Positions 6,990-16,624 of a stretch of DNA of 26,157 bases are shown here, one piece after another. The stretch spans positions 1-26,157 of IMG/VR virus record IMGVR_UViG_3300017739_002784, one strand, 5' to 3'. Made by a program: the position numbers and the translations under genes. The notes beneath the pieces are model-generated. The model was not told the origin of the DNA, ran no database searches, and was given only the letters and a program-made list of their open reading frames with translations. Every line of letters begins with the position of its first letter. Position 1 is the stretch's first letter. The stretch comes from a virus. Lineage: Duplodnaviria; Caudoviricetes.

Positions 6990-7955
6990 TCACTTAATAG
7001 TGTCAACAGCAGCAAGAGATTTCTGTCGAAGAGACTCTGGAAGAGGTACATATCCCAAAGAATCTGAAACCGCTTGCGACTTTTCACTCAGCATATAACG
7101 AAAAGTTTCCTTGACTCCAGGAGCGGACTCAGGATAGGCAAGGATCCATGTTAGAGATACGATTGGGTAAGCATTCGCACCTGCAGGGTTAGGATCTGCC
7201 CCACGAAGTTTATCGTCTAATACAATCTTGGCAAGTCCAGCAGCAGATGTTTTTGCATTTGCCTTTACAAAGTTGCCTGCCTTATTCTGAAGAGCAACCT
7301 GTTGGAACTTACCACCGTTCACATAACCATAGTTCAGATAACCGATAGCACCGACCTGGTTCTTGATAACACCGGCAACACCAGAGTTACCTTTACCACC
7401 AACACCAACAGGCCACTGGACAGACTTACCAGTTCCTACAGTCTTCTTCCACTCGGGAGAGAAAGCAGACAGGGAGTTGGTGAAACCTTTGGTAGTACCA
7501 GAACCATCAGAACGATGAACAGTTAAGATGTTCTTATCAGCACAACCAAAGGTGCTCCAGTTTGTAATCTTACCAAGGAAGACATCAGCAAGTTGCGTCT
7601 GAGTCATCTTTACATAACAATCAGGATAGTTGTAAGCAGGAACGATGGCACCACCAGTCATGGGGATGTGAACCATGGGTAGTTTCTGCTTAGCATCGCT
7701 TACGGCACCATCAGAAGCACCGAAGTCAACAGTCTTAGCAGTGTACTGACGAACACCAGCACCACTACCAACTGCTTGATAGTTAACTTTATTCCCAGTC
7801 TCCTTTGCAAAAGATACGAACCAAGAATTGTAAAGAGGAGCAGGGAATGTAGCACCTGCACCATTCAGTTTGAATGTATCTTTCTTTTCTTCAGCACCAC
7901 AAGCAATAAGAATAGGTGCAGTCAATGTAGCAATAAAAAATTCTTTGAGTTTCAT
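6990..7955 (-). CDS. pstS: Phosphate ABC transporter substrate-binding lipoprotein
   Basis: GAGATFPAPLY, GSGAG, DFGASD, RSDGSGTT and YPIVSLTW motifs. Lipobox LIAC follows ATG 7955. Confidence 0.96.
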   Translation of the reverse strand: MKLKEFFIATLTAPILIACGAEEKKDTFKLNGAGATFPAPLYNSWFVSFAKETGNKVNYQAVGSGAGVRQYTAKTVDFGASDGAVSDAKQKLPMVHIPMTGGAIVPAYNYPDCYVKMTQTQLADVFLGKITNWSTFGCADKNILTVHRSDGSGTTKGFTNSLSAFSPEWKKTVGTGKSVQWPVGVGGKGNSGVAGVIKNQVGAIGYLNYGYVNGGKFQQVALQNKAGNFVKANAKTSAAGLAKIVLDDKLRGADPNPAGANAYPIVSLTWILAYPESAPGVKETFRYMLSEKSQAVSDSLGYVPLPESLRQKSLAAVDTIK

Positions 7956-7990
7956 CTTTTTTGTTAGATAAACCTTGGTATATATTAGCA

Positions 7991-8009
7991 CTTAATTCAA
8001 ATTTAACCA
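7991..8009. promoter_or_regulatory. Pho box (PhoB/SphR site) upstream of pstS
   Basis: CTTAATTC and TTTAACCA at 11-bp spacing match the cyanobacterial PyTTAAPyPy(T/A) repeat. No TTGACA -35 is present. Confidence 0.65.
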
Positions 8010-8010
8010 T

Positions 8011-8035
8011 AAAAAAACCTCCCGTTAGGGAGGTT
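8011..8035 (-). terminator. Rho-independent terminator
   Basis: AACCTCCC/GGGAGGTT stem plus U-tract. Confidence 0.85.
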
Positions 8036-8071
8036 GTTAGGATATCGTAATGTGTGTTACGGCATGAACTA

Positions 8072-8449
8072 TCAGAAGGAGAAAGTTGCTCCCAGTTTGC
8101 CACCAACACCCAGATCATCCATTTCAAAAGAATCGGTAGCAGTGATTGCGGAAAGTTCGCCATAGACACCAAGACTATCAGTCAGATTAGCAGCAACACC
8201 AACCTTGCCAGAGTAACGGGTCTCGTTCTCAGCACCGTCAAGGGCAAGGATTGCAGGTCCTCCCTGAATATACCAGGATGCGTCTTCGCCAAGATCGCCA
8301 CCAAAACCAACGTGAATATCAGTAACTGCACCAACGTAGTCGTCTCCAGCCCAGGAAGCATTCGATTCCACGTTAACGTAGGGACCTGCAAGGGCAGGTG
8401 CTGCCATCAAAGGAGCAGCGGCAGCAAGTGCGATTGCGGATTTGAACAT
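8072..8449 (-). CDS. Small outer-membrane beta-barrel protein
   Basis: Sec signal ending in ALA, amphipathic beta strands, C-terminal GATFSF (terminal Phe), RBS GAGG and an upstream ATAAATA late site (8513-8507). Confidence 0.8.
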   Translation of the reverse strand: MFKSAIALAAAAPLMAAPALAGPYVNVESNASWAGDDYVGAVTDIHVGFGGDLGEDASWYIQGGPAILALDGAENETRYSGKVGVAANLTDSLGVYGELSAITATDSFEMDDLGVGGKLGATFSF

Positions 8450-8480
8450 TTGTTGTACCTCGTAAGTATGTGTTAAGTAA

Positions 8481-8503
8481 TGTCACAACTGTCACATGTG
8501 ACA
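8481..8503. repeat. TGTCACA direct/inverted repeat with a 14-bp palindrome
   Basis: TGTCACA-AC-TGTCACATGTGACA. Confidence 0.7.
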
Positions 8504-8536
8504 CTTTATTTATCCTAAAGGATCTTCAGGATTTTG

Positions 8537-9373
8537 TCAAGATGTCTGGTTTTCCGCATCTTGTTTTTGTTGGGCAGAACTTTCAACCGTTCGACCCAGG
8601 TAAGGATTATAGTCCATAAAGTTCTCAATTGTAAAGCTAGCACCTTGGGTTTGCCAAAAGTTCATAATTGCTTGGTGATTACCCTTATGAAAAGCATCAA
8701 CATGATCTGGATGAATACTAGAACCTAATTCAATTTTATACAGAAGGAATGGAATTGAATATGAATTGCCAGAATTATAAAGAAGATCATCTGCAACTGG
8801 ACGTGGACGAACACCGTTATCCAGTTTGTATTTGTCTCCACGACAATGAAGACGAATCATTTTTTCTGCATGATGTCTTGTAATTACATAACAAGCAGTA
8901 GAAAATTCATTCACAAACCTTTTGTGAATTTTAACATGAATATCTCCTGTACAAATAATCGCAAGTTGAAGTAAATCCCAATCATATGGAACTCTAGCAA
9001 TTGCATCATACCATGTAAAGTTCCAGTACTTAACTAAATCTAAGTTACAATCATCCTCCATTATGATTGCATAAGGACTATCTGATGTTTCTAACCAATG
9101 TTTGATTGCTTTCAGATGTGAAGTTACACATCCAACTTCACCAGAAGTCATTAGTTCTGGATATCTTCCCTTAATAATATCACTCAGATCATCTTCCCGA
9201 CCATCATATGCAGAGATACGTTCGTAATTAGTAAGTTCCCAATATTCAAACTGCTCCTCCATATACTTCCATCTCTCCGGTTGCCCATCAAGATTGATAC
9301 AGTAAATAGGACCAAACCCATTCAATTTGTATGCTGACTTATTCTTGTCCAGCGTTTCTTTAAGAGTAACCAT
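8537..9373 (-). CDS. Glycosyltransferase family 25
   Basis: YCINLD..ER, GEVGCVTSH, IMEDD and STACYVIT motifs. Confidence 0.88.
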   Translation of the reverse strand: MVTLKETLDKNKSAYKLNGFGPIYCINLDGQPERWKYMEEQFEYWELTNYERISAYDGREDDLSDIIKGRYPELMTSGEVGCVTSHLKAIKHWLETSDSPYAIIMEDDCNLDLVKYWNFTWYDAIARVPYDWDLLQLAIICTGDIHVKIHKRFVNEFSTACYVITRHHAEKMIRLHCRGDKYKLDNGVRPRPVADDLLYNSGNSYSIPFLLYKIELGSSIHPDHVDAFHKGNHQAIMNFWQTQGASFTIENFMDYNPYLGRTVESSAQQKQDAENQTS

Positions 9374-10310
9374 CGATAACTTTCTGTACGTTGGGTAGAT
9401 AATAATCTGTTAGTATTTTACACCATTCAAATTCTTTTGCATAGTCAAGAATTTCTTCTCTATGTTCAATTGAATAGTTTCTATTCTCAATAATTTTTTT
9501 CTCGATATATTCGGTATCATCAATTTTTTCTTCATCAATGACCGTGATAAATTTCTTATCTAGATCAAGATTAGCAGTTCCCCATTCACTAACAACCACA
9601 CCAAGTCCAGCAGCAAATGCTTCCATACAAACTAGAGGGTGTGCTTCACCATCTGAAAGCAATACTAAATTACCATACTCAGTTAGATTATCATATAAAA
9701 ATTCTTTTTGCCACTCACCAAGATAGTTTTTAGATTTATCAAATCTTTGATCTGCAATATTTCCAGCATACCAATGACTATCAATATTCTGAAATTTAAA
9801 TTGGCGTTTTCTATGATCTATCTTAGCAAGATAAATTGATCTATCAGAAAATTTAGGACTGTCAGTCTTCCTAAAGTTATCCAACATTACACCATTTGGA
9901 TTCAAAAATAATTTATGTCTTGGAATGTTTGCAAGAAGATTATAGACATCATTGATTCCACTAGAAAGACCAAATACGTTCGGTTGAACTCTCCAGAAAT
10001 TATCAAATATCCTTGGTTTATAATCGCCCATCATTTCAGGACGTTCAGTATAAGCAAAATGAGTTGTGACTGCACATGGATACTGAATATAATAATACAA
10101 AAGAATCCAATCATCATAATTGATATGAACAAAATCCGGACGGAATCTATTCAGCATCCTAATGATTTGAGCAGGATCGGATACATTTACAATCTGAATT
10201 TGATGTCCCATCTTTTCAAGAGATAATTTCATATCCCAAATCAAAGACTCAACAGCACCCCAACCTACAGGTGGGATTGGAAGTGCTGGACCAATAATAC
10301 TAATTCGCAT
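9360..10310 (-). CDS. GT-B (GT4-like) glycosyltransferase
   Basis: IPPVGWGAVE and EAHPLVCMEA (Ex7E) motifs; start MRISIIGP. Confidence 0.85.
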   Translation of the reverse strand: MRISIIGPALPIPPVGWGAVESLIWDMKLSLEKMGHQIQIVNVSDPAQIIRMLNRFRPDFVHINYDDWILLYYYIQYPCAVTTHFAYTERPEMMGDYKPRIFDNFWRVQPNVFGLSSGINDVYNLLANIPRHKLFLNPNGVMLDNFRKTDSPKFSDRSIYLAKIDHRKRQFKFQNIDSHWYAGNIADQRFDKSKNYLGEWQKEFLYDNLTEYGNLVLLSDGEAHPLVCMEAFAAGLGVVVSEWGTANLDLDKKFITVIDEEKIDDTEYIEKKIIENRNYSIEHREEILDYAKEFEWCKILTDYYLPNVQKVIDGYS

Positions 10311-11277
10311 TTGCTTCCATCTTTTCAATGTTTTCAGCATAAAGATTTACAAGACTTTCCCATGAGAAATTATCAATGCCAAACTGGCGGATTTCATCTC
10401 TCATACCAATTGATACTTCGCGATTTTCTTTGATTTTACTTTCGACATATGGAATGTCTGTAAGTCTGTCATCTGGAATTACGGTAACAAAGGGAAGATC
10501 GTCTGGCAAATCATGTGCAGCATACTTAGATATTACCACACCTAGTCCATTAATGATAGCTTCTTTAACTACCAAGGGTGTTCCGTTTTCACCATCTGAC
10601 AAAAGAACAAGACTTGCAAAGTCGGTAAAATGTTCCCTCTTATACTCATCAGTCCATTCCCCAAGATAGTTTTTACTTTGATCAAATGGTGTAGCACCAG
10701 TATCTTGTCCCACGTAGTCGATAGAATCGATTTCCTGATACAACCATTGCTTCTTACGATGATAGATCTGACCAAGATACAATGAACGATCTGGAAGAAC
10801 TGCTTCGCTGCGATAGGTAAATCGTTTATGGTTTGCACCATTCTCAGACAACAGCAATCTACTTTCATCTGCACCAGAATTCTTGAAAGTTTGATAATCT
10901 TTCTTAGAGATACAGAAAATATAATAACGTTTATTATTGATAATCCAATCAAACGTGCGATCGTAACCATCACGGCGATGCATATGTGGTTGGTCAATAT
11001 ATGGATAGTGACTACTAATTGCTAACTTAGGAATATTTGTTTCGTTTGCAATTCTATCCATGATTGGATGAAACACATCATAATGTAAATGTGCAAATTC
11101 ATATGAGTCTTCATTCAGATATTTGATAATCTCATCCCAGTCTGGAGTATTAACAATCGTTCCTTCATGACCCAGTTCATCAAGTTCAAGTGCATAGTCC
11201 CAAATAAGACTTTCAACGGCACCCCATCCCGTTGGTGGGATAGGCATAATGCCTGGTCCAATTAATGCAAGTTTCAT
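10300..11277 (-). CDS. GT-B (GT4-like) glycosyltransferase, paralog of the adjacent gene
   Basis: IPPTGWGAVESLIWD, KNYLGEW and LVLLSDGE are shared with 9360..10310. Confidence 0.85.
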   Translation of the reverse strand: MKLALIGPGIMPIPPTGWGAVESLIWDYALELDELGHEGTIVNTPDWDEIIKYLNEDSYEFAHLHYDVFHPIMDRIANETNIPKLAISSHYPYIDQPHMHRRDGYDRTFDWIINNKRYYIFCISKKDYQTFKNSGADESRLLLSENGANHKRFTYRSEAVLPDRSLYLGQIYHRKKQWLYQEIDSIDYVGQDTGATPFDQSKNYLGEWTDEYKREHFTDFASLVLLSDGENGTPLVVKEAIINGLGVVISKYAAHDLPDDLPFVTVIPDDRLTDIPYVESKIKENREVSIGMRDEIRQFGIDNFSWESLVNLYAENIEKMEANAN

Positions 11278-12005
11278 CAGTAAAGTTCCTTATATGCGTG
11301 TACAAGCGAGAAATCAGTTTCTCTAAAGTTAGGTGTCTTCCAAACTTCGGTAAGATTAGAATTAATTGAATAATCTTTTCCAAGAATAAAATATGCAATC
11401 TGCATATAAAGGTCCAACCATCCAAATCTATAATCAAGAAACTTCAAAATATAATCAAAGTCATAATCAATGAAATCATAAATCTTATGATAGTTGTCTA
11501 AGAAGGTTTCTATATTATAGATACTTCCCCCACCAGCACCATACCAGTCTACATTTGGAGTGGCACCATACTTTGCTTTGAGGTATTGAAGTAACTCTGG
11601 TGTAATTTTATTGCCAGGAACATCAAATCCCGCACACTCCCATTCCGGAGGAATCTTTACTTTACCTTGTGTAAGAACATCATCTTCCATCATAATCATA
11701 TGTGTACCACCATTGGAACGAACATAGCGTGCCGCCTCACGGAACATATGAATCCAATGTAGACTTTCATCCTTAGTAAATCCATAGATGCCAGATTCAT
11801 GACCACTATTCCTACGCCCAATTCTCATATATGAATGAACATAATTTACATTATACTTATCACAAAGATCAGAATAATCTACTCCACCATCACAACAAAT
11901 AGTATATGGGGCATCTGGATGATACTTTCTAAATTCTTTTAGAATAAATTCTGTTGCTTTTTTGTTCTCATAAACTGTATGAAAACATCCAAATTTTGCA
12001 GTCAT
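11277..12005 (-). CDS. Putative GT-A-fold glycosyltransferase
   Basis: ICCDGG and MMEDDV motifs plus operon context. Confidence 0.6.
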   Translation of the reverse strand: MTAKFGCFHTVYENKKATEFILKEFRKYHPDAPYTICCDGGVDYSDLCDKYNVNYVHSYMRIGRRNSGHESGIYGFTKDESLHWIHMFREAARYVRSNGGTHMIMMEDDVLTQGKVKIPPEWECAGFDVPGNKITPELLQYLKAKYGATPNVDWYGAGGGSIYNIETFLDNYHKIYDFIDYDFDYILKFLDYRFGWLDLYMQIAYFILGKDYSINSNLTEVWKTPNFRETDFSLVHAYKELY

Positions 12006-12766
12006 GATTCTTTCAAATAGTGTGGATGAATGTCGTCACGATACAACCAGAACCAGTGTGGTTCTCCTGGCGGCGTAGGTTGAACATCAGGAGTCATGTC
12101 CTTGAAATCGTAACTAAATGGTGGATTGTAGAAACTAGAAACAGATGGGTCTTTCATGCCCACCCATTTTTCAAAGTTCATTCTTTCAATCGGACCAAAG
12201 TCTTCTTTCTCTCTAACGAATGCATCTTCAGTAGGATGCTGTAGTGTTGAAATATAATCTGCTCTTGCCCACCAGAAATTACCACTCATATGTGGCCATG
12301 GGTCTAGACAATAATTTACTCCGGTAACTTGATATGTATCAAGTCGATCAAGATTTTCCTTCCATTTATCAATACACCCCCATTCCATGAGGTGTCTCCA
12401 ACTATTTATTGCCCGAACCTTACGGTCAGAATACTGATCACGAACGCCACACATGTGACTAATTCCTTTTGTATGAAAGTACATCACTTTAGTAGCACGT
12501 TCATTTACACAATCTTCGTAAAGATGCTTCAGTGTAAACCCTTCATATTCTTCGTCACTGTCCCTGCAACCAATGATATTGATCCAATCATACAAGGAAA
12601 CAAATTGCTTGATTCTGGACGCTTGTGGACCATTTATAGCACATTTCACAGTTGCTACTTCAGGAAGTCCAGAACGATATAGACGCTTGATCTGTTCGTC
12701 TACCATGATCTTCCAGAGGTCAGTATCTGCAGGAGACCAGATGTGATAATAAACTGTTGTCTTCAT
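12002..12766 (-). CDS. Uncharacterized glycan-related protein (possible glycosyltransferase)
   Basis: YEGFTL, YFHTKG and HMSGNFWWA motifs plus operon context. Confidence 0.55.
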   Translation of the reverse strand: MKTTVYYHIWSPADTDLWKIMVDEQIKRLYRSGLPEVATVKCAINGPQASRIKQFVSLYDWINIIGCRDSDEEYEGFTLKHLYEDCVNERATKVMYFHTKGISHMCGVRDQYSDRKVRAINSWRHLMEWGCIDKWKENLDRLDTYQVTGVNYCLDPWPHMSGNFWWARADYISTLQHPTEDAFVREKEDFGPIERMNFEKWVGMKDPSVSSFYNPPFSYDFKDMTPDVQPTPPGEPHWFWLYRDDIHPHYLKES

Positions 12767-12767
12767 T

Positions 12768-13499
12768 TTACCATTGATTATTGTCTAGTGCTTTATTGTC
12801 TTTTGCCAGATGCATCATAATATTATCAAATTCACAATATTTTGCAAACATCTCAGGATATGCATATGAAGGTGGAAGTGTATTTGTATCATCCTTATGT
12901 GTAAGGAACCACTTATTCATATAACTTTCTTCAAAGAATCTTGCTGAAACATTTTTCTTAAGATCATCTTTAGTCCACTCATCAATCTGTTTCATCAGAT
13001 CAAAGATATGAGAAACTTTTCCTCCCCACAGACATCCTTGATAATAGACAGACATATCCATAATGTCTTCCGTAATGCAGGCGTTCGATAGTGGATTCAC
13101 GTCGTAAGAACCTGGTTCCTTATTATGTGGTTGGAATCCCACTGCATGGCATGGATGATGCACTGCAAGATATTTTTTATCCTCAGCAAAAAAATCTTCA
13201 TACTCAACAGTTTGTTGAATATAAAGATCTGCATCAACAGAAACCAACCAATCATAATCTACAACTTCTTTTTCAAGTCGCAACATTTCCTCAAATGTTT
13301 TATGATAAGTTGTAGGAAATCCATAGTGTGGTATTTCCATCTTAGTAATATTATCTGGACAACCTTCAAGGTCTCCGTCAGTAAATACAAAATATTGTTT
13401 TTCTACTCCAGGTACAAAATACTTTTCAAGTCTTTCATACCATTCCGGAAGAAACTCAATGTATTTTTGAGTTCCCCAAAATGTAATAGCAATTTTCAT
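12768..13499 (-). CDS. Glycosyltransferase family 6 (ABO/alpha-1,3-Gal(NAc)T-like)
   Basis: YFVFTD, DAD, HP, YYQGCLWGG and EESYMNK align to the GT6 motifs. Confidence 0.85.
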   Translation of the reverse strand: MKIAITFWGTQKYIEFLPEWYERLEKYFVPGVEKQYFVFTDGDLEGCPDNITKMEIPHYGFPTTYHKTFEEMLRLEKEVVDYDWLVSVDADLYIQQTVEYEDFFAEDKKYLAVHHPCHAVGFQPHNKEPGSYDVNPLSNACITEDIMDMSVYYQGCLWGGKVSHIFDLMKQIDEWTKDDLKKNVSARFFEESYMNKWFLTHKDDTNTLPPSYAYPEMFAKYCEFDNIMMHLAKDNKALDNNQW

Positions 13500-14281
13500 T
13501 CTAGAAGATGTTTAGGTTCCCAATCAAAAGTTTTTCTAACCCTAAAATTTTCAATATGCAAAAATGTTTTTTCTGCTTTCTGGTTGATTCTAAGATTTAG
13601 CGATCCACGTCTTGATACTATATCTATTATATCACAAAGACAGATACTTTGTCTTCCTACCAAGAAAAGTTCATGCTGACCAACTAAATCACTATCAATG
13701 ACTTTATTCAGCAAATCAACAAAATCATCAAGGTGAACTAAGTCAACTCTAGTTTTTAGGTTAGCAAATATTTCTACTACTTGATCGGTATCTAAAACAC
13801 TTATCAACTTATCTACCAATCCATTAATTCTGTTAGCAGAAACATTTGCACCCCAAATATTCGATGTCCTCAGAACAACCGTTTTGCATGGAAGTTCTTT
13901 CAACATATTTTCTACATGAATCTTACATTCACCATATAAAGAATGTGGTGAGGGTTCGTTACCTTCTAGAACTGTTCTTTGATGACCTAGATGCAAATCA
14001 CCAGCAGAAGAAATAAAGATTATCTTTCCGTTTGGATTTTTGTTTACGTAATATTCAAACAACTTCTTTGTGTTATAGACATCATGTTGCATGACATCTT
14101 CAATATCATCATATGTATTTCTAGTGGTTGATGACCAAGCAAGATGAACTAAGCAAGATTTTTCATGGGATTCAAAAACATCAGGGACTTCATTCCTATA
14201 AGAAATAGGAACTACTTCCTTATCAGTTAGTTCTAAAAATCTAGAACCAACCAATCCACCAGCACCGGTAACATAAATCAT
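13496..14281 (-). CDS. NAD-dependent epimerase/dehydratase (SDR)
   Basis: TGAGGLVG, HLAW, FISSAG and YGECK (YxxxK). Confidence 0.88.
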   Translation of the reverse strand: MIYVTGAGGLVGSRFLELTDKEVVPISYRNEVPDVFESHEKSCLVHLAWSSTTRNTYDDIEDVMQHDVYNTKKLFEYYVNKNPNGKIIFISSAGDLHLGHQRTVLEGNEPSPHSLYGECKIHVENMLKELPCKTVVLRTSNIWGANVSANRINGLVDKLISVLDTDQVVEIFANLKTRVDLVHLDDFVDLLNKVIDSDLVGQHELFLVGRQSICLCDIIDIVSRRGSLNLRINQKAEKTFLHIENFRVRKTFDWEPKHLLE

Positions 14282-15099
14282 TTTACAACTACCCAGTCTT
14301 CTGGAATTATATCACTTGTATCCAAATGTGCATTATTTGGACCAAACCAAATCTCAGGATCTGGAGTATATACTGTCTTATTCATGCTCTTTGATAACCA
14401 TGCACCCCACCAAGAAAAAGTAGAGTTGGCAATAATAAAATCAGTACAGAGACTCATCAGACACAGATCTGTGTAACTATCGTTTCCTTCTGCAACAAGG
14501 AATCTATCATCTTCAAATAAATCTTGTTCTTTACACCAATCAGGATCATCAGAAAAAATAATCACCGTTCGATCACCCTCAAATTTATTCAGACATTTCG
14601 CATAATAATCCAAACCAAGATTAGTGTGATTGTGTGAATTTCTTAGAAAGTCTCCACGACGAATATGTAATGCAATCGGTCTATCAACTTCACTCATATT
14701 GTGCTTACACAATAAAGATATTTCATTCTTGAATGTGAAGTCTTCACGGATTTCATCTTCAATATCTTTGAAATATTTTTCAGTTTGAAAATATCCTTGA
14801 AGCGATACCCAGTCTGGACATTCATCAAATAATTTTTGATCGAATCCAAATCCACTTTCTTTGACAATTGGTCTATCTTGATCAATCAACTGTATATTCA
14901 AGTTGTTGACATTAGTCATTACAAACGGATCAAACAATTCAATCCGCAGTTTATTCCCAATACCATCATCAAATACTTCACGATGATATGGAATACAAAA
15001 GTTAAATCCACGATTCTTTGCAATACCACGAAGGGAAGCATATTCAAACATCTGGTTTCCCAGTTGTCCCATTTTACCAAGAAAATTAAATCCAATCAT
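14278..15099 (-). CDS. Glycosyltransferase family 11 (alpha-1,2-fucosyltransferase-like)
   Basis: GQLGNQMF, GYFQ, HIRRGD, FSDD and NSTFSWW motifs. Confidence 0.92.
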   Translation of the reverse strand: MIGFNFLGKMGQLGNQMFEYASLRGIAKNRGFNFCIPYHREVFDDGIGNKLRIELFDPFVMTNVNNLNIQLIDQDRPIVKESGFGFDQKLFDECPDWVSLQGYFQTEKYFKDIEDEIREDFTFKNEISLLCKHNMSEVDRPIALHIRRGDFLRNSHNHTNLGLDYYAKCLNKFEGDRTVIIFSDDPDWCKEQDLFEDDRFLVAEGNDSYTDLCLMSLCTDFIIANSTFSWWGAWLSKSMNKTVYTPDPEIWFGPNNAHLDTSDIIPEDWVVVK

Positions 15100-15686
15100 T
15101 TCACTTTAATAACAAACATCAAATCGTCATATCGAGTTTCGCCATAGACATTAACCATTTCCCTAAGATCAATTTTTTCTAAAACGTAGGAACAAGTATC
15201 TAGTTCTTTTATTACTGTTGCAGCAGTTGATTCCAAATCATCAAACCAAGTAAAATCCTGAATATCTTCTATAACAAAGATACCACCAGGATTTACTTTA
15301 GGAAGATATAATTTGATAGCTTCTATCATACTATCTAAAGTATGTGGACCGTCATCAATAAAAATATCAATATCACTTATTCTATCACAGATCTCTCTTG
15401 AATAAGCATCTCCAAAATAATATGTTGAGTTTTCAACTTCTTTATACTGATCCCATATAGATTCTTGGTTTAACTCAATTCCAATAATTGATCTTGCATT
15501 AGAAAAATACTCAGACCAAAGTTTAACTGATCCTCCCATCCATACACCAATTTCAACCAAATTTACTTCAGCATCTTTGTATGGTTCAAAATATTTTTCG
15601 TAAAAACCTTTTACATAATTGTGAAGGGTATTTTTGTCTGTGGCAATATCAAGATTGTTCTTTTCTATAATATCAACTAAACTCAC
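15096..15686 (-). CDS. Class I SAM-dependent (sugar O-)methyltransferase
   Basis: TDK..H.Y, EIGVWMGGS, IDDGPH and PGGIFVIED motifs. Confidence 0.85.
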   Translation of the reverse strand: MSLVDIIEKNNLDIATDKNTLHNYVKGFYEKYFEPYKDAEVNLVEIGVWMGGSVKLWSEYFSNARSIIGIELNQESIWDQYKEVENSTYYFGDAYSREICDRISDIDIFIDDGPHTLDSMIEAIKLYLPKVNPGGIFVIEDIQDFTWFDDLESTAATVIKELDTCSYVLEKIDLREMVNVYGETRYDDLMFVIKVK

Positions 15687-16624
15687 TATCTTGCCCCCGC
15701 ATTAATTTTTTCAACAATTTTAAGTAAACCCTTACACCTATTGATGTATGTATGATCCCGTTTGACCACTTCCATTTGATGAAGAATTAATTCTTTATTG
15801 TCTTTATTTGCCATCCCAAGATCAAATATTTCTTGTGCATCTTCAGAAACTAAAAGACTACCATCAATAAAATCTTGGAGATAAGTTGCATCAGAAACAG
15901 TCAGACATCCATAACTAATTGCTTTCATAACCCTACAAGGAACATACCAGTTATCTTTCTGTTCCTGTGGACGGAAGTCTGGAACAAAAATAGATCTTTG
16001 CATTAAACGAATATTTTCATTCTCCTCAGTCTTTCCTTTCTGTGGATCATAATGATTAAATTCTATACCTTTATTTTTTACAATCTCAATAAAATCTTGA
16101 TGAAGTGGTGGTGCATTAGGACGTGGACAGTGAACCGTTCCTACAAAATTATATTCATTATGTCTTTCATTATTAACATCATCTAGATCAATTTCTTCAG
16201 GAAGAATATTAGTTGCCCAAGCAAGATGAATTACATCATAAGGTTCTGGTGATTGTGTATCAAACATCACACCCTTTTCTATCTCAAAATATCTTTCATC
16301 ATCTTTGAAAACTTGCTTGTATTCTGCAACCCTAAAATTGATGAGACTTTTAACCCTACCAAGATACTTATTATCCTTAAATTCGTCGTATGAAAAATAG
16401 ATGCAGTCATCTCTTACAGGGCAATTCCTATCAGTAAGTCCCTGATTATCGACGATAAAAACAGAATTACTATAGTCAAAATCAGCAGAACTTGGATGAC
16501 TTTGGTCGCTGAACCAATATACTTCTTGACCCAGTTTTTCAAAAGCACGTTCAAGCGCCCAGTAAATGTACGAATGTGTATTCTGTCCATGAAGAGGACC
16601 CCAAAGAATAATTTTGCTTTTCAT
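15686..16624 (-). CDS. Putative GT-B glycosyltransferase
   Basis: C-terminal VPCRVMKAISYG...HTYINR pattern plus operon context. Confidence 0.6.
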   Translation of the reverse strand: MKSKIILWGPLHGQNTHSYIYWALERAFEKLGQEVYWFSDQSHPSSADFDYSNSVFIVDNQGLTDRNCPVRDDCIYFSYDEFKDNKYLGRVKSLINFRVAEYKQVFKDDERYFEIEKGVMFDTQSPEPYDVIHLAWATNILPEEIDLDDVNNERHNEYNFVGTVHCPRPNAPPLHQDFIEIVKNKGIEFNHYDPQKGKTEENENIRLMQRSIFVPDFRPQEQKDNWYVPCRVMKAISYGCLTVSDATYLQDFIDGSLLVSEDAQEIFDLGMANKDNKELILHQMEVVKRDHTYINRCKGLLKIVEKINAGAR

